DNA of 64,000 bases, taken from assembly GCF_009914755.1 (NCBI RefSeq), contig NC_060939.1, one strand, 5' to 3'. The number at the start of each line of letters is the position of its first letter. Position 1 is the stretch's first letter. The stretch is from the human T2T-CHM13v2.0 reference genome, Homo sapiens. Below, one piece after another: positions 27,001 to 40,689 of this stretch. A model generated the notes under the pieces. That model saw only the letters and a list, made by a program, of their open reading frames with translations, was not told the origin of the DNA and searched no databases. The position numbers and the translations under genes are program-made.

Positions 27001-27149
27001 TCATAATATAAGGCATAATAGTCATTGTCAATAAAATAGAGATTAGATTTGAATATGGTTATCTCTTGGCATAATAAAATACTGAAATGGAACACTGTGT
27101 TTAGAATAAACGTGATGATTACATAATGATATCTGTACTTTACATGCAG

Positions 27150-27258
27150 TGCTACTCTTTCGGCATTCCTGGTTGAACTACTTAAAAGTTCAGTAGCCAT
27201 GCAAGAACAGGTGCTGGGTGGAAAAGGCTTTTTAGTTATTGGCTAATTACTTGAAACG
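27150..27258 (+). pseudogene. NBEA: NBEA-derived exon (~exon 11) with nonsense codon: ATLSAFLVELLKSSVAMQEQVLGGKGFLVIG*LLET
   Basis: CAG acceptor at 27,147-27,149, GT at 27,259; TAA at 27,244-27,246 where NBEA has Tyr. Confidence 0.93.
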
Positions 27259-27519
27259 GTAGGTGATGTGTTGATGGTTTTATTGTGTAGCCTCACAGTT
27301 GGACAGCTGACAATCACTAATTATATTTTTTCTATAATTTCACTTTCCATTGACTGTGTAGAGATTATACTATTTGCTAATTCACAAACATCTTAGATTT
27401 AAGTGTAGACATGGAATTAACTGGGTATTGGAAGCATAATTAAATTTTGAATTAAAAAACTAAAGAAAAAAATTTCATCTATATCTATTCAAGCAATAAG
27501 TATCATTTAAGTTTTTCTA

Positions 27520-27840
27520 TAGTAGTACCCCTTTATTTCTACTCTCTCTTGCTAAGGTGTCACTTACCCATGGACAACTGCAGTTCAAAAATATTAAATG
27601 GAATAAACAATTTATAACTTTTAAATTGTGTGCTGTTCTGAGTAGAGTGATGAAATCTCGTACTGTCCCTCTTCATCAAGTCCGGACATGAATCCTCCTT
27701 TTGCTCAGCTTTTTCATGCAGTATACACTGTCTTCCTATTAGTCATTTAGTAGCTATCTCAGTTCTCAGACTGAAAATCGTATATGTCATCCACTAGGGG
27801 TCTTGGAAGCATCGCCTCCGGATAAGAAGTGAGTACTGTA
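27520..27840. mobile_element. MER44-like TcMar-Tigger MITE
   Basis: TIR-like ends tagtagtaccccttt / ggataag...tactgta; internal tttaaattgtgtgctgttctgagtag, atccactaggggtcttggaa. Confidence 0.7.
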
Positions 27841-27871
27841 GTTGTTTCTTTGCTATCTTTTCACTTAGACT

Positions 27872-28185
<314 letters not shown>

Positions 28186-28576
28186 TAGACTGTTTCTTGA
28201 AAGTCTTTTTTATTAAGATAAAAATCTTTATATTTAGTATACATGGATTTACCTGTTAGGTTTTGTGTTATTTTTTAATTATGCGGTCAAAATTTTTATT
28301 TTGTAGTAATAGAAACATTATTTTGTGCTCTTTTTCCCTACTCTTAATATATATGACTATTTAAAGTAGTTTTTTTCATCTATACATAGTATAAACAATA
28401 AAAATTAGATGGGTTTACATTTTCCTATTTTGTGTCATTTATGTTGTTTTATGACCTCTTTTGCTTTAGTCACAGCTGTGCTTTTATGAGTGCTGAATTT
28501 CTGATTATGATCTCACAAGAGTTTAGTTGTATCATGTGATTTCCTTTAAAAATTAGTGAGATTTCATGAATAAGCG

Positions 28577-28901
28577 TTTTTTTATTTTTTATTTTTTTAG
28601 TATTTATTTATTTTTTTGAGACAGAGTCTCGCTGTCGCCTGGGCTGGAGTGCAGTGGCGCGATCTCGGCTCACTGCATGCAACCTCCGCCTTCCGGGTTC
28701 ACGCCATTCTCCTGCCTCAGCCTCCCGAGTAGCTGGGACTACAGGCGCCTGCCACCACGCCCAGCTAATTTTTTTGTGTTTTTAGTAGAAACAGGGTTTC
28801 ACCGTGTTAGCCAGGATAGTCTCGATCTCCGGACCTCGTGATCCGCCCGCCTCAGCCTCCCAAAGTGCTGGGATTACAGGCGTGAGCCACTGCGTCCAGC
28901 C
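28577..28901 (-). mobile_element. AluY-like
   Basis: gggttcacgccattctcc, accgtgttagccagga, cctcgtgatccgcccgcc; CpG-rich. Confidence 0.88.
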
Positions 28902-29149
28902 AGCATGTTGTTGTTTTTTTTAATGACAAATACCTGTGCCCTTTATTAGCACTCTCAAACCTCTTATCAGTTAGTTAACTCTATAATATTCAGCTGCTCT
29001 GAAAATGAGACTATTTGAAAAGTAATAGAAGTGAGATCTCAACTAAGGGATAAACATACATTTCCTCTGGAAAAAAATTGAGAAGATACTTTGAAGCAGT
29101 TTTAATTTTACCTCCAATTGTTTTACATTTGAAATGTTATCAGTTGATT

Positions 29150-30990
29150 AATGGACAAACAAAATGTAGTGTATACATGCAATTGAATATTATTTAGTCA
29201 CGAAAAGAGTCAAGTTCTAAAATATGCTATATTTTATATATTACATGTCTTTATACATATATATGTTATATATATAAAAAATATGTCTTTGAAACTAGTG
29301 CTGACCTTTCCTTAAGGATTAAGCATTGAAGAGTGGTAGATTGTTAAGATTGATCATTGGTAGCATTTCTTTATTGAGATGATTTTTTCCATAACATTAT
29401 TAAGAACTTAAGGCTCTTTGGTTTATTTTTTAAAATAAGAGAATACTCTTTTTCTGTATCTAGAGTATTAAGAATTGTTTAGAAGATGTATGATAAGCTA
29501 CATTTAACATGAATTCGATAACATATGAAATGCCTTTGTAAGATTACTGTGTGTGACAGGATTTCTGTGAGGACTTACCCCTTTAAATGTGCTTTCATTT
29601 GTTTACTTGAGAATGTATCAGAAAATCCTAAATTAAACATTCTTTTACTTAAAACTTAGCTTATAATTAGAAATATTTGTAAAAGCCTTCAAATAAAAAT
29701 GTATGTTAATATTTCATATTATAATGTCAATTTAGTGGATGCAAAATATTATTTCATTGTGGTTTTAATTTGCACTTTTCCTAGATTTTGAATAAGATTA
29801 GACATTTTCATATATAATTATGGAAAATGAATATTTTATCTTCTTTGTTATTCATTTCCTTTACCAATTTTCCCTATATCTCTTCATGATTCCCACCCCT
29901 AGTCAATCCATAATTCACTTTTTGGCTTTATGAATTGCTTATTCTAAATATTTCATGTAAGTGGGATCATACAATATTTGTCTTTTTGTATTTGGTCCAT
30001 TTTGCTTAGCATAATGTTTTCAGTGTGCATCCATGTTATAGCATATTTTTTTTCCATTCCTTTTTATTGCTAAGTAATATTCCAACAGTATTTTAATTTG
30101 TATAGCTTTTTAGTGCAGCCTGATATTTAAGAGTATGTCATCTAGCTTTACTGTTGTTCTTGACGATTGCCTTGGCCATTTCTGAGTCTTTGCATTTCCA
30201 TATATGTCAGCTTATCAACTTCCACCAAAAAACATGAGGATTTTTATTGTATTATATTGACATCTTTCCTATATTGAATCTTTCAAGTCATATACTTGGT
30301 ATATTCTTTTATTAATTTAGATTTTCTTTTGTAGTTTTCTGTATAGAACAGTTTCTGTCTTTTTGATGGATTTATTTCCAGATATTTGATATTATTTGAT
30401 GCCCTTAAAATTTTAATTCTTTGCACTTGATCTTACCCAAAAGGCCAAGAAGCAATTAAAAGTTTTGATTTTTAATTTGTTACTGGTACATAGAATTATA
30501 ATTGATATTTATGTTGAACTTTTATATACCAATCTTTCTATTCCTCTATTAAATCTAGTCATTTGTAGATTTTTTTCAAAAAAAATTTTGTAGACAATAA
30601 TAACATCGGAGAATGATAGTTTTGTTTTTTCCTTTCTAATATTTATTTTTTTATTTTTTTCCTTGCCTTGTTATGCCACCTAAAGACTGCCAGTACAGTG
30701 TTGAATAAAAGTTGTGATAGTGGCCATCCCTGTCTTATTCCTGATCTCATGGGCAATGCTGTTAATAATTAGACACTAAGTATGATCTTTTTAATAATTA
30801 GTTTTTGTAGATTTTTTCGTTAAATTAAGGAATTATCTATTTCTATTTTTCTAAGAGTTTTCTTTATTATAAACAGGATTTTATCAAACATCTTTTCTGC
30901 AGTATTTGAGATGAGTATGATGTTTCTCATTTTTCTTAGTGAATTACATTGATTATTTTTCAGATTTTAAACCTTCCTTATATTCCTGGA
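29150..30990 (-). mobile_element. Old L1M fragments
   Basis: gccagtacagtgttgaataaaagttgtgatagtggccatccctgtcttattcctgatctc and other reverse L1 ORF2 motifs. Confidence 0.65.
30423..30456 (-). pseudogene. RNU2: 3'-truncated U2 snRNA retro-fragment (first ~34 nt)
   Basis: Reverse complement attgcttcttggccttttgggtaagatcaagtgc vs U2 5' end ATCGCTTCTCGGCCTTTTGGCTAAGATCAAGTGT; flanked by degenerate TSD ttaaaattttaatt / ttaaaagttttgatt. Confidence 0.85.
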
Positions 30991-32185
30991 CACTCACTTA
31001 CTCCTAAATCTATTCCTATTCCAACCTGTCTTTCGTTCTTCCATGTCCTTTCAGATGGCCCATGTCTTTGTCACCAGTGGCCTTCACAGTCTGTCCTGTG
31101 ATTATTTCTCAGTCCTTATCTTATTCGACCTGTGAATATTTCGGTTGAACAGTCTTTCCTTCTTGAAATGCTTTCTTGCATTGTGTTTTGCCATGGTTTG
31201 CTTTGTTTTTCTCTTACTTATTCTCTCTCATTAGTTCTCCTTCATCTTTATAAATTCTGATGACTCTTCTTTCCCAGTGATTAATCCTGGAAAGCATTTC
31301 ACTTTTCCATCTACACAGTACCTTACTCTAATTGAGATTATCCACTTCTACAGCTCCCGTGATCCTGTAAATACTAATTACCCTCAATTGTTTCTCCTAT
31401 TTTTAGTTCCACTTGGATTTCTAGTAATCTTCTTGACTAAATTATCCAAACTGATTTTTCTCTCAAATTTTTCATCCTTCAGAGTTGTTTGTCTTATTTA
31501 GTGGCATTACCATTCAACAAGTAGTTGAAACCAAAAAGTTAATTGTTTTTGACTCTACTTTTGTTGCACTCTAGATCCAAACTCTCAGGAAATTATGTTG
31601 TTTTACTCTCAAAACATATCCAGAATCAATTACTACTTCCTCTTTATTTCTCAACTCCTTACTATGTCCGTTGATACCATTTTAGTTCAAATCATGATCA
31701 TCCTTCACCATTGGTTACCTACAGTCCGTTTTTCACTTGCAGTTAGACTAGTTGTCCTAAAATGTGCCAAATCTTATTCAAGTCTTCATCCTTCTCATAA
31801 TGAAGTCATAAGCCTTACACCTCACATCATCTCTCCCCACTCTCTTGCTTTCTCTGTTTTAGGCAAAGGTCTTTTTGCCTTTCCCTTAAGAACTAAAATG
31901 ATAAGAATTTACCCAAGGACTTTTGCATTTACTTCCCCCATTGTTTCCATCACTTTTTCTTCAGATACTCACAGAATTTGATTCTATGCTTCATTCAGGA
32001 TTTTGCTTGTATGATGCCTTATCACAGAAATATTCTCCGATCATTCTAAATAAATTAGTATCCCTTCCATAACCATCAGTGTTTACCTACTCTGCTAATT
32101 TTACAGCACCATTCTGGCGTGTTTTATATTTTTTACCAATTTTCTGCCTCCTCCTGCTAGAATGTAGGCTTCATGAAAGCAGGGG

Positions 32186-32247
<62 letters not shown>

Positions 32248-32420
32248 ATATGTATGTGTATATATATATATGTGTATATGTATGTGTGTATATATATATA
32301 TGTGTATATGTATGTGTATATATATATATGTATGTATATATATTTTTTTGTCTCCTCTTATTGTTATATCTTCAGCACCTAGCACAGTGCTGGGCTCAGT
32401 AAATAGTTGTTGAATTGAGT
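30990..32420 (+). mobile_element. L2 3' region, interrupted by a microsatellite
   Basis: Ends in the L2 terminus gcacctagcacagtgc...cagtaaatagttgttgaat. Confidence 0.7.
32188..32343. repeat. (TA)n plus (TATG/TG) compound microsatellite
   Basis: Direct reading; about 26 perfect TA units followed by ~30-bp higher-order units. Confidence 0.95.
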
Positions 32421-35400
32421 ATATGAAATGTCCTTGCATGCTTGTCTGATTACCTAAGAAACAGTAACTTTTTTACCTTTCTCAGAGGAATGCTCATATT
32501 GTGTTATTTTTAAATAATCAGTGGCCAGGTTAGTATTAATAGTATAGGTAATAGAAGTTTGATTTTTTAATTTCTTAACTTAATAACAGGTTACTGGTTA
32601 ACTGCCACTTAGCTTTTATATCTCCTTGTCATAGAAGATATCTTAGGAAGATAGTATATGCGAGGCCTTTTATTAATAACAATTTTGCTGTTCCATGAAA
32701 AAATTTTAAGGTGTTTTTGTTTTGTTTTGCCAAAATATGATCTTGTGGAAAACTTAGAGGTTATCCAGTATATTCAATAGGATATTTTTGATTGTGGTTA
32801 GTAGAAAATTTGATTCAAAGTATCTTAAACATTAAGAAAATATACTAACTAATGTAACAAAGTCTAGTGTTAGATGGCATATCAGTTATATTCTTGGCAG
32901 GAAACAGATGGCGTACTCAACCTAGGTTTTTGAGAAGAGTTTAATGCAAGGGTATTCAAAAAGTTGAAAGCAGGGAGCTTGGGAAGATTTGAAGAGATGA
33001 GGGGAATAAGTGTTTAGCATAACCCAAAGAGAAAGTTATTGTAGCTGTAGAAGGGTACCTGATGGGACTGTGGTCTTCAAGAAAGGAGTATAGTGTAAGT
33101 GTACTGAAGGGGTAAAATCTGGAAAATGTATACCCAACTTCATTTTCTTTCTGTCCCTTAATTTCTTGCTAATGTCTTCAATTAGTCAAACTCAACTGGA
33201 AACCAGTAGGCAAGGGAGCGTCCCAAGCATTAAAACAGGACAGGGAGGTTGGAAAGGCAGCAAAAGGTTGGAAAAGCAGCAAACATAAGTTGTGTTTCAG
33301 GGCTGGGTTATCTGAGTCTCAATAATGTCATCAGAGACCCAGGTTTTATCTATATCTCTGCTGTACCAGCTACAGTGTTGATTTTATGCTAAAGCTGATA
33401 CTGTTTGAGGTCACAAGGCTGCCAGAGAGAATTAGTGCTATAGACCTTCACATCCAGGTGAAGAAAGCAAGCTCCTTTCTGTCAATTACTGAGCAAGATT
33501 CTTCTCTCCAATTTGATTGGTTAGCTTAGAGCTTGGCTGGCCTTCTTTTGAATCAATTGTTGCTATGCTACACTTTGATACTGAGTCTCTGAACTAATCA
33601 TTGCCTGCCACCCTCCCCATCACTCCACCAAAACAACAACAAATGATTAATCTGGTTGGATTAGGCTATTTGGAGCACAACCTTGGAGTCCTGGGAGGAG
33701 CAGAATGGATAATAGACTATGGTGTACCTCTACAATTAAAATAGTTTTACACAATTTATTGAATATATAATCATACATGTTATGGGTATATGTGTGTGTA
33801 TGTATAATGCTTTCTACAATAAAAATGAACATTTCTGATAACCTGTTCCATTATAGGCTAATCTGAATGTTGGAACAATCTCTCTTTATTGAACAGAAGT
33901 TTCTCTTTGTAACCGCCAGTGCTCCTATTTGGTTTAGTTAATTCTGGATTGGATGCTATAATGCAACTATTTTTATAACTTCTCAGGTATTATTTCCAAA
34001 TATGGTTAGCCATGTCACATTATAGTACTTCTTAAAAATTATGTATTCTGTCACCACATAAAATTAATATATAGATCAAATTCCAGGGCTTGCATTTTCT
34101 ATGAGATTTAAATTGTTCCATCTAAAGGTTACAGATTTATAACTATAAATTATCCAAGTATAGATCTGTTTTTAAAGTAGTTTTACTTGAGAAAATGAAA
34201 ACAAATACCAAAATATAAAAATATTTTGAAACTGTTAATCAAATGAAATACATTTAAAAGCAGAGTTAGAATCTTCTTTCTTCTCTTCCCAGGCTTTGTT
34301 TTTTCCTACCTATTCTATTCTTACTCCATTTTTGAATTTGACATTAATTCAGTTAAATGTTCCCTGAGAAATTAGGGTAGGGATCAGGAAGACAAAAGAT
34401 GAATAAGATAATATTCTTTTTTATATTACGAAAGAGAGATTTTTTTTTTTACTAACAATAATACAAGGAAGGAGGAATAAGTACTTCTAAGAGGTAAAGG
34501 TAACATGCTGTTGAAGAGAATATTCATTTATACATTTATACACTATTTATAATCCAGAATAGTAGGATTTTGAGGAGATCAATAAAAAGACAATAAAATA
34601 TTTTCTAAACAATAATTTTAGAATGAAAATCTGCCACCCAACAGCATTAATTGTTATGTGAAAACAGCAGGCCCCCCCCATTTTTTTTTAAGTAATGTGG
34701 AAGGCCTTGTGATGCTTTTAGTATACCTTTTAATATCATGGTCCAAGTTCCAAACTTGTTTCTATATTATGAATTCATCAAGTGGATATGTTTATAATGG
34801 TCAGCCTGATTTTATAATACAGGTTAATGTTCTTTATAAGGACATGATGAATAATTTTTATGAGCTACAGTCTGGTCACATAGTATGTTTATCTATTAAC
34901 AGGATCTGACTGTATTTTATTTTAGAGTTTTAAGTGTGAGAGTACAATGTTATCAGATCATGTTCTTGAAATCATTACTACTGAATAAAAATAGAATGTA
35001 TAAGATAAGCTATGTGAAATTATATTTAGTGAAGGAGCTGGCTGAAGTTTTAAATAACTATTGATCTCTTATTTTAATTTTATTCCTTTACAAATAAAAT
35101 ATTTTTAATTTAAAGTACTATATTATTTTCACTGATACTCCTTTAAATATGAATACTCAATCTTTACTTTTTAAACTCAAATGTTTGTTTTGGTTCCCCT
35201 CCTTTATTAACTCAGCTATTTATTTAGATTAATTTCCACCATCTTTCATAAAATTTTCAGTGAAAATTATGTACTAAGGTTTGCTTTGAATTTTGTAGGC
35301 TATTGCTTATGTAAGCACCATTGGTAATTTTGTCAGACAAAGAATTCTATTATATTAATACTAAATTGTTTGAACCAATTAAATGCCCCCTTCTTAGTAA

Positions 35401-36289
35401 AACCTGTTCACCATTCTTCTACAAATGTTTTATCTGCTCCATAGTTTCTTTCATTGAACTTAGTAACCTCTAACATGTTACATATTGTACCTTTTTATTT
35501 TATTTACTCTGTGTTCCTGCCTTATCATCTCTTAGAATATGTTCTGTGAGACAGAGTTTTTACTTCAATTTTGTTAGCTGCTTTTTTGACAGTGCCAGGG
35601 AGCGTATTTGACTGACAGTGAGCAATCAGCATGTATATTTTCTAAATGACTAAAATAAAAGTCTTGAGCTCTACCTTTAAGGTAAAGGAAATGTATGCAA
35701 GGGTGTTACAAACTGGGGGAGCAAGACAGAGAAAGCAGGGGAAGAAAATGTGTCCTGTGGGTGAAACTGGCCCACAGTAATATTCTGTGGGACGCAACAA
35801 AAAGGTTTAGTTTTGTTCCTCACCACTCTTTTTTGTCTCCTACACTGGTTTACACATTGTTGTTAGTTATTTGCAATCATTTTAGTTTGTGACCTTTTAT
35901 GTAGAAGTGTGAAAATTCATGATGTGCTTAAGTCAAATTTATTGAGTTGTCCTTATGATCATGAGAAATGTAGCTAAATCATATGGGAGGTAAAATTGGT
36001 AAGACAGTTTCATCCCTTTTAAATTTTGATCATCTTAAACTGATATTCAGACTTCAGTCAGTGAAGAATAGGAAGGAAAGATGTGTTGTGTGATGTGTGC
36101 TTTAGGGTTGAGTGGTACATGATTCTTTACCCTATGACTGAAAGGATAGTGATACTACAAAACTGTATCACTAGATGAGGAAGAAAAGATTTGTGTCGGA
36201 AGATATATTTTTTGAAGTTTGAGTTTGAATTATCAGCTTTTGTGAAGAGCATTTTTTAATATAGCATTTTTATCTGAAATTGTATTCTA

Positions 36290-36585
36290 GGATAGCATTG
36301 TCCAATTAAAATACAATTCAAACCTCAGGTGCAATTTAATATTTTCCAGTAAAAAAATACAGGTTATATTAATCTTAATAATGTCTTTAGTCTAGTATTT
36401 TATTTTGATAATATGCAAAATATTATTTCAACATCTATTCAATAAGAAAATACGATTTTTAAAAATATTCTGAGCTGGAAAAACCCAGTGTTTTCATAGT
36501 CACAACACATCTCACTTTCAATTGCAACATTCCAGCAGCTCAGTTGCCACATAGGGCTTCTGGCTACTGTATGAGATGGTGCAGC
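36290..36585. mobile_element. MER33/MER3-like hAT element
   Basis: agcattgtccaat...ctcagttgccacat...tggctactgtatgagatggtgcag. Confidence 0.6.
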
Positions 36586-37181
36586 TTTAAGGTTCGGTTT
36601 CAATTTTGGAGAGTCTGTTGTTTAAATACCATTGGTAATAGGTATATGGTGATAGCAGTTGAAAATTCTTGAAGTGAGTACTCAGCATAGACATAGTGTT
36701 ATATGAAGCTGTGAAAGCATAATATATCCAGGGATACGGTATTTATGAAGAGCAGACCAAGGAAATAATATTTTAAGCAATATTTTACATATTTTTAAGC
36801 AATATTTTTACATGTTTTAAACAATCTCTATTTTTATGTCTAAGATTTCTTCTTATATGTCAATTTCTACAAAAAATGAAATGAAGCCATTCTTATAACA
36901 TTTCATTTCTTTAGCTTTAGCTAATAGTGGCATTATTTAACTTGAATTATTTATCTGTAATTGTCTTAGATTAGGCTTCAAATAACAAGCTATCACTCAA
37001 AGAAATAGCTAAAATTTTAGATCTCTTAATAAAATTATATTTTAATAGCAAATAATATAAATGTATTTCATATTTATTAGTGATAGCATATGAAAAATTC
37101 ATGTGTGCTTATGCTAAGTCAGAAATTATACAATTTAATATTCTGGATATTTCAAGCTAGAATTTCTGTTTTCTTTCTTAG

Positions 37182-37337
37182 TCATCAAGAGTTCATATAA
37201 CTAGACCTGTCTTGGAGCAATTTTTATCTTTTGCAAAATACCTTGATGGTTTATCTCATGGAGCACCTTTGCTGAAGCAGCTTTGTGATCATATTTTGTT
37301 TATTAACCCAGCCATCTGGATACATACACCTGCAAAG
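37182..37337 (+). pseudogene. NBEA: NBEA-derived exon (~exon 12): SSRVHITRPVLEQFLSFAKYLDGLSHGAPLLKQLCDHILFINPAIWIHTPAK
   Basis: Strong pyrimidine tract + AG, GTATGA donor; 156 nt, open; one extra Ile codon relative to NBEA. Confidence 0.95.
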
Positions 37338-38288
37338 GTATGAGTTTTATACTTATTCAGTTTGTTTTAGTGTAATGTTATACATTATAGTTGCTGGATC
37401 TAAAGTATCCAGTGGAAAACATTTGAACATTTTAGCTTATTTTATAGTTAATCTGCAGCAATTGTGTTAGGCAGTATCAGGAGATCAAAATATTTATAAG
37501 TAGTAAAATAAATGAAACTATAGGTAAAAAAGAATCTTTGTGTAACACTGCATTCTAACATCTTTAGATGTGATACATACTTCTCCAATGAAGAGAATTT
37601 GCTATACCAATTTTTGAAAGACTAGGAAAGAGAACAGATAACTAATTGTATTATGACTGTAATCATTTTGCTGGAAAATTGCTTTCATTTTGAAGGCAGA
37701 ATTTATATCATTACATGTAAATAATACTCACTTAAAAATAAATATATACATGAAATAAATATTTTTCCAGATAATAACAGAAAATTCTTATTATTTTGTA
37801 TACCAGAATTTAGTCTTAGTGGAAATCAATAATGAGGGATATTTTGATTTTGAGCTATCTTTTACAGTTTAATAATATCTCCCTGAGTTATTAATTATTG
37901 CCTAAGCCCAAATCTTAATTTTGAGAACTCTTTTAAGCAAGATGTCTGACATGCCATCTCTGTGCTCACATGGTCAGATTGTGAAAGCAAACTATATATA
38001 TTATGGCCACAGGGGAGGAGAATTTGAAATTGCATGAACTTTTAGGATATATGACAAAAATATATAGGTTTTCAGATAGGCTTCAGCTGACTGATGTTCT
38101 GTTGCTATGAAGAAATTTATACACTGAAAGCTACTGAAATATACTTTAAGAGCTTTAGTTGACTTTTAAAATATTTTAATCTTTTTATCAGATTAATTTC
38201 AATAAATTAATCATTTTAAAATTATTTAATTGCCACAGCTGTTAGACTACCTTATTATAATAAGTTTATTAGAAAACGTTAATTGCAG

Positions 38289-38627
<339 letters not shown>

Positions 38628-38804
38628 TATATATTTTTAAAATATAAATAATATTGAAGAAGAAAGTTATTTTTAACCTCTTAATAAATGATCATTTCTT
38701 GGCCTTTACTAATTTGCGTTTAAATTAAAACAATGCATATTTATAATATAAGCACTTGAGGCATTTTAAGTTCATTTTAATGATCTGTTAATATTCTGTA
38801 TTAG

Positions 38805-38974
38805 GTTCAACTTTCCCTATATACATATTTGTCTGCTGAATTTTTTGGAACTGCTACCATCTACACCACCATACGCAGAATAGGAACAGTTATTAAAGAT
38901 AATGCACACCTTAAAATATTACTACTGGGTTATTAATCCTGCTGACAGTAGTGGCATTACACCTAAAGGATTAG
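38805..38974 (+). pseudogene. NBEA: NBEA-derived exon (~exon 13) with +1 frameshift: [29 protein letters not shown]...[24 protein letters not shown]
   Basis: AG/GT intact; 170 nt vs 169 nt expected; the shifted frame reads [14 protein letters not shown] and ends at TAA 38,934-38,936. Confidence 0.93.
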
Positions 38975-39895
38975 GTATGTATAACACTTCCACTGTATTT
39001 ACATTTGCCTATGAATATTCTGTATTCTGAGTACTGTTAAAGTGTGAGCCGTGTACATGACTATGAAATCACTGAAATGTTTTCTTTCTTATGTGGCAAA
39101 CTGACATATTGAGAATTGTTTGTGGTAAAGAAGTTTAGGGCTTTTCAATATTAAATTATTTTGGAATAAAATCAGGTAAAAAGCAACAATAGTCTTTATT
39201 TTAGCCTGTATGCCTTTTTCCATTCAGGAAGACACATTTATAATATTAAAAACAGTTAAATGATATTGGTAAGTGTGTTCTAGTACATCAGTTGCTTTCA
39301 ACATTTTCAGATTGTTACATGTTTTCATATTTTTATTCCAGATTTATCCTTTGTTCTGACTGTAGTGGAAACTAATTTAATTCTTCACTGTGATATCTTT
39401 TTTGTTTTGAAAATATAGCCAGTTTTTCTAATTATACAAAAAAAAGAAAATAAATAATACAGAAGAAAATATATATTTATGGCCCAAACCCCAAGAATAA
39501 TTACTGATACGATTTTGGCATGTTTTCTTCCAGTGTTTCTCATTGCATACATATATAAAAATATTTAAACTTCTTAATTATAAATTGAGATTTTCTCAAT
39601 TTTTCTATCTTGTCCTTTTCTCAGCTCAATGTAGTAATGTAAGAGGATGTACCATTTACATTGTTTCTAAAGTTTTGATTTTATACATATTAGAGGATTC
39701 TCTCATATATATATGTGTTTACCTCCATCTTTGATTTGTTTAAAATTACTGAAAAAGGGGCTAATGACAAATATTTTAAATTTTTTTCAGGAATGTCATA
39801 TTATTTTAGTTTTACCAGTAGTATGTTAGAGTACTTCCTTTAGCGTGCTCACAATAACATTGAATATTATAGTTTTATAATAATCCCTTTGATAA

Positions 39896-40181
<286 letters not shown>

Positions 40182-40423
40182 ATTTTACTATTTTAATATT
40201 TATACAAGCTTACTTTTATCTCTTTTTATTTTATTAATGGGGCTTTAGAAGTTATTTATATTCAGATCTGTTATTTTGTCCTTCTATGGCTTCTTCCATT
40301 GCTTTTAAGTTGGTAATGCCTAAAATGTATTGGATTTTTCTGCCAAGCACTCTACCTGTTAATTTGTTTAGTAATATATATATATAAAAAACATAATATA
40401 ATTATAGATAAATAGACATATTC

Positions 40424-40514
40424 ATATCCATACATAAGACTGCATCTATATGTAACTTTGTTTTTGATATCCATACATAAGACTGCATCTATATGTAACT
40501 TTGTTTTTGATATC
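40424..40514. repeat. Perfect 43-bp tandem duplication
   Basis: atatccatacataagactgcatctatatgtaactttgtttttg x2, then atatc. Confidence 0.95.
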
Positions 40515-40689
40515 ATCCTCATTTTAAAGATTAGGAAACTGAAAGTTGGTGCAAACCAACCAGCACCAAAATTTGGATCATATCTATCTGACTCAGAGAT
40601 CTCATTCTTAAATGCTACTCTATGATAGAGTTTTCTCTAGTCTAAACAAATCATATATTCACACATCATAATTTCTGCCTTAAAATATT

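Noticed and set aside
32079-32439. YIYI-rich ORFs, also at 20,816-21,203 and 38,230-38,457, and the poly-Ile ORF at 59,287
   Set aside because: Translations of microsatellites.
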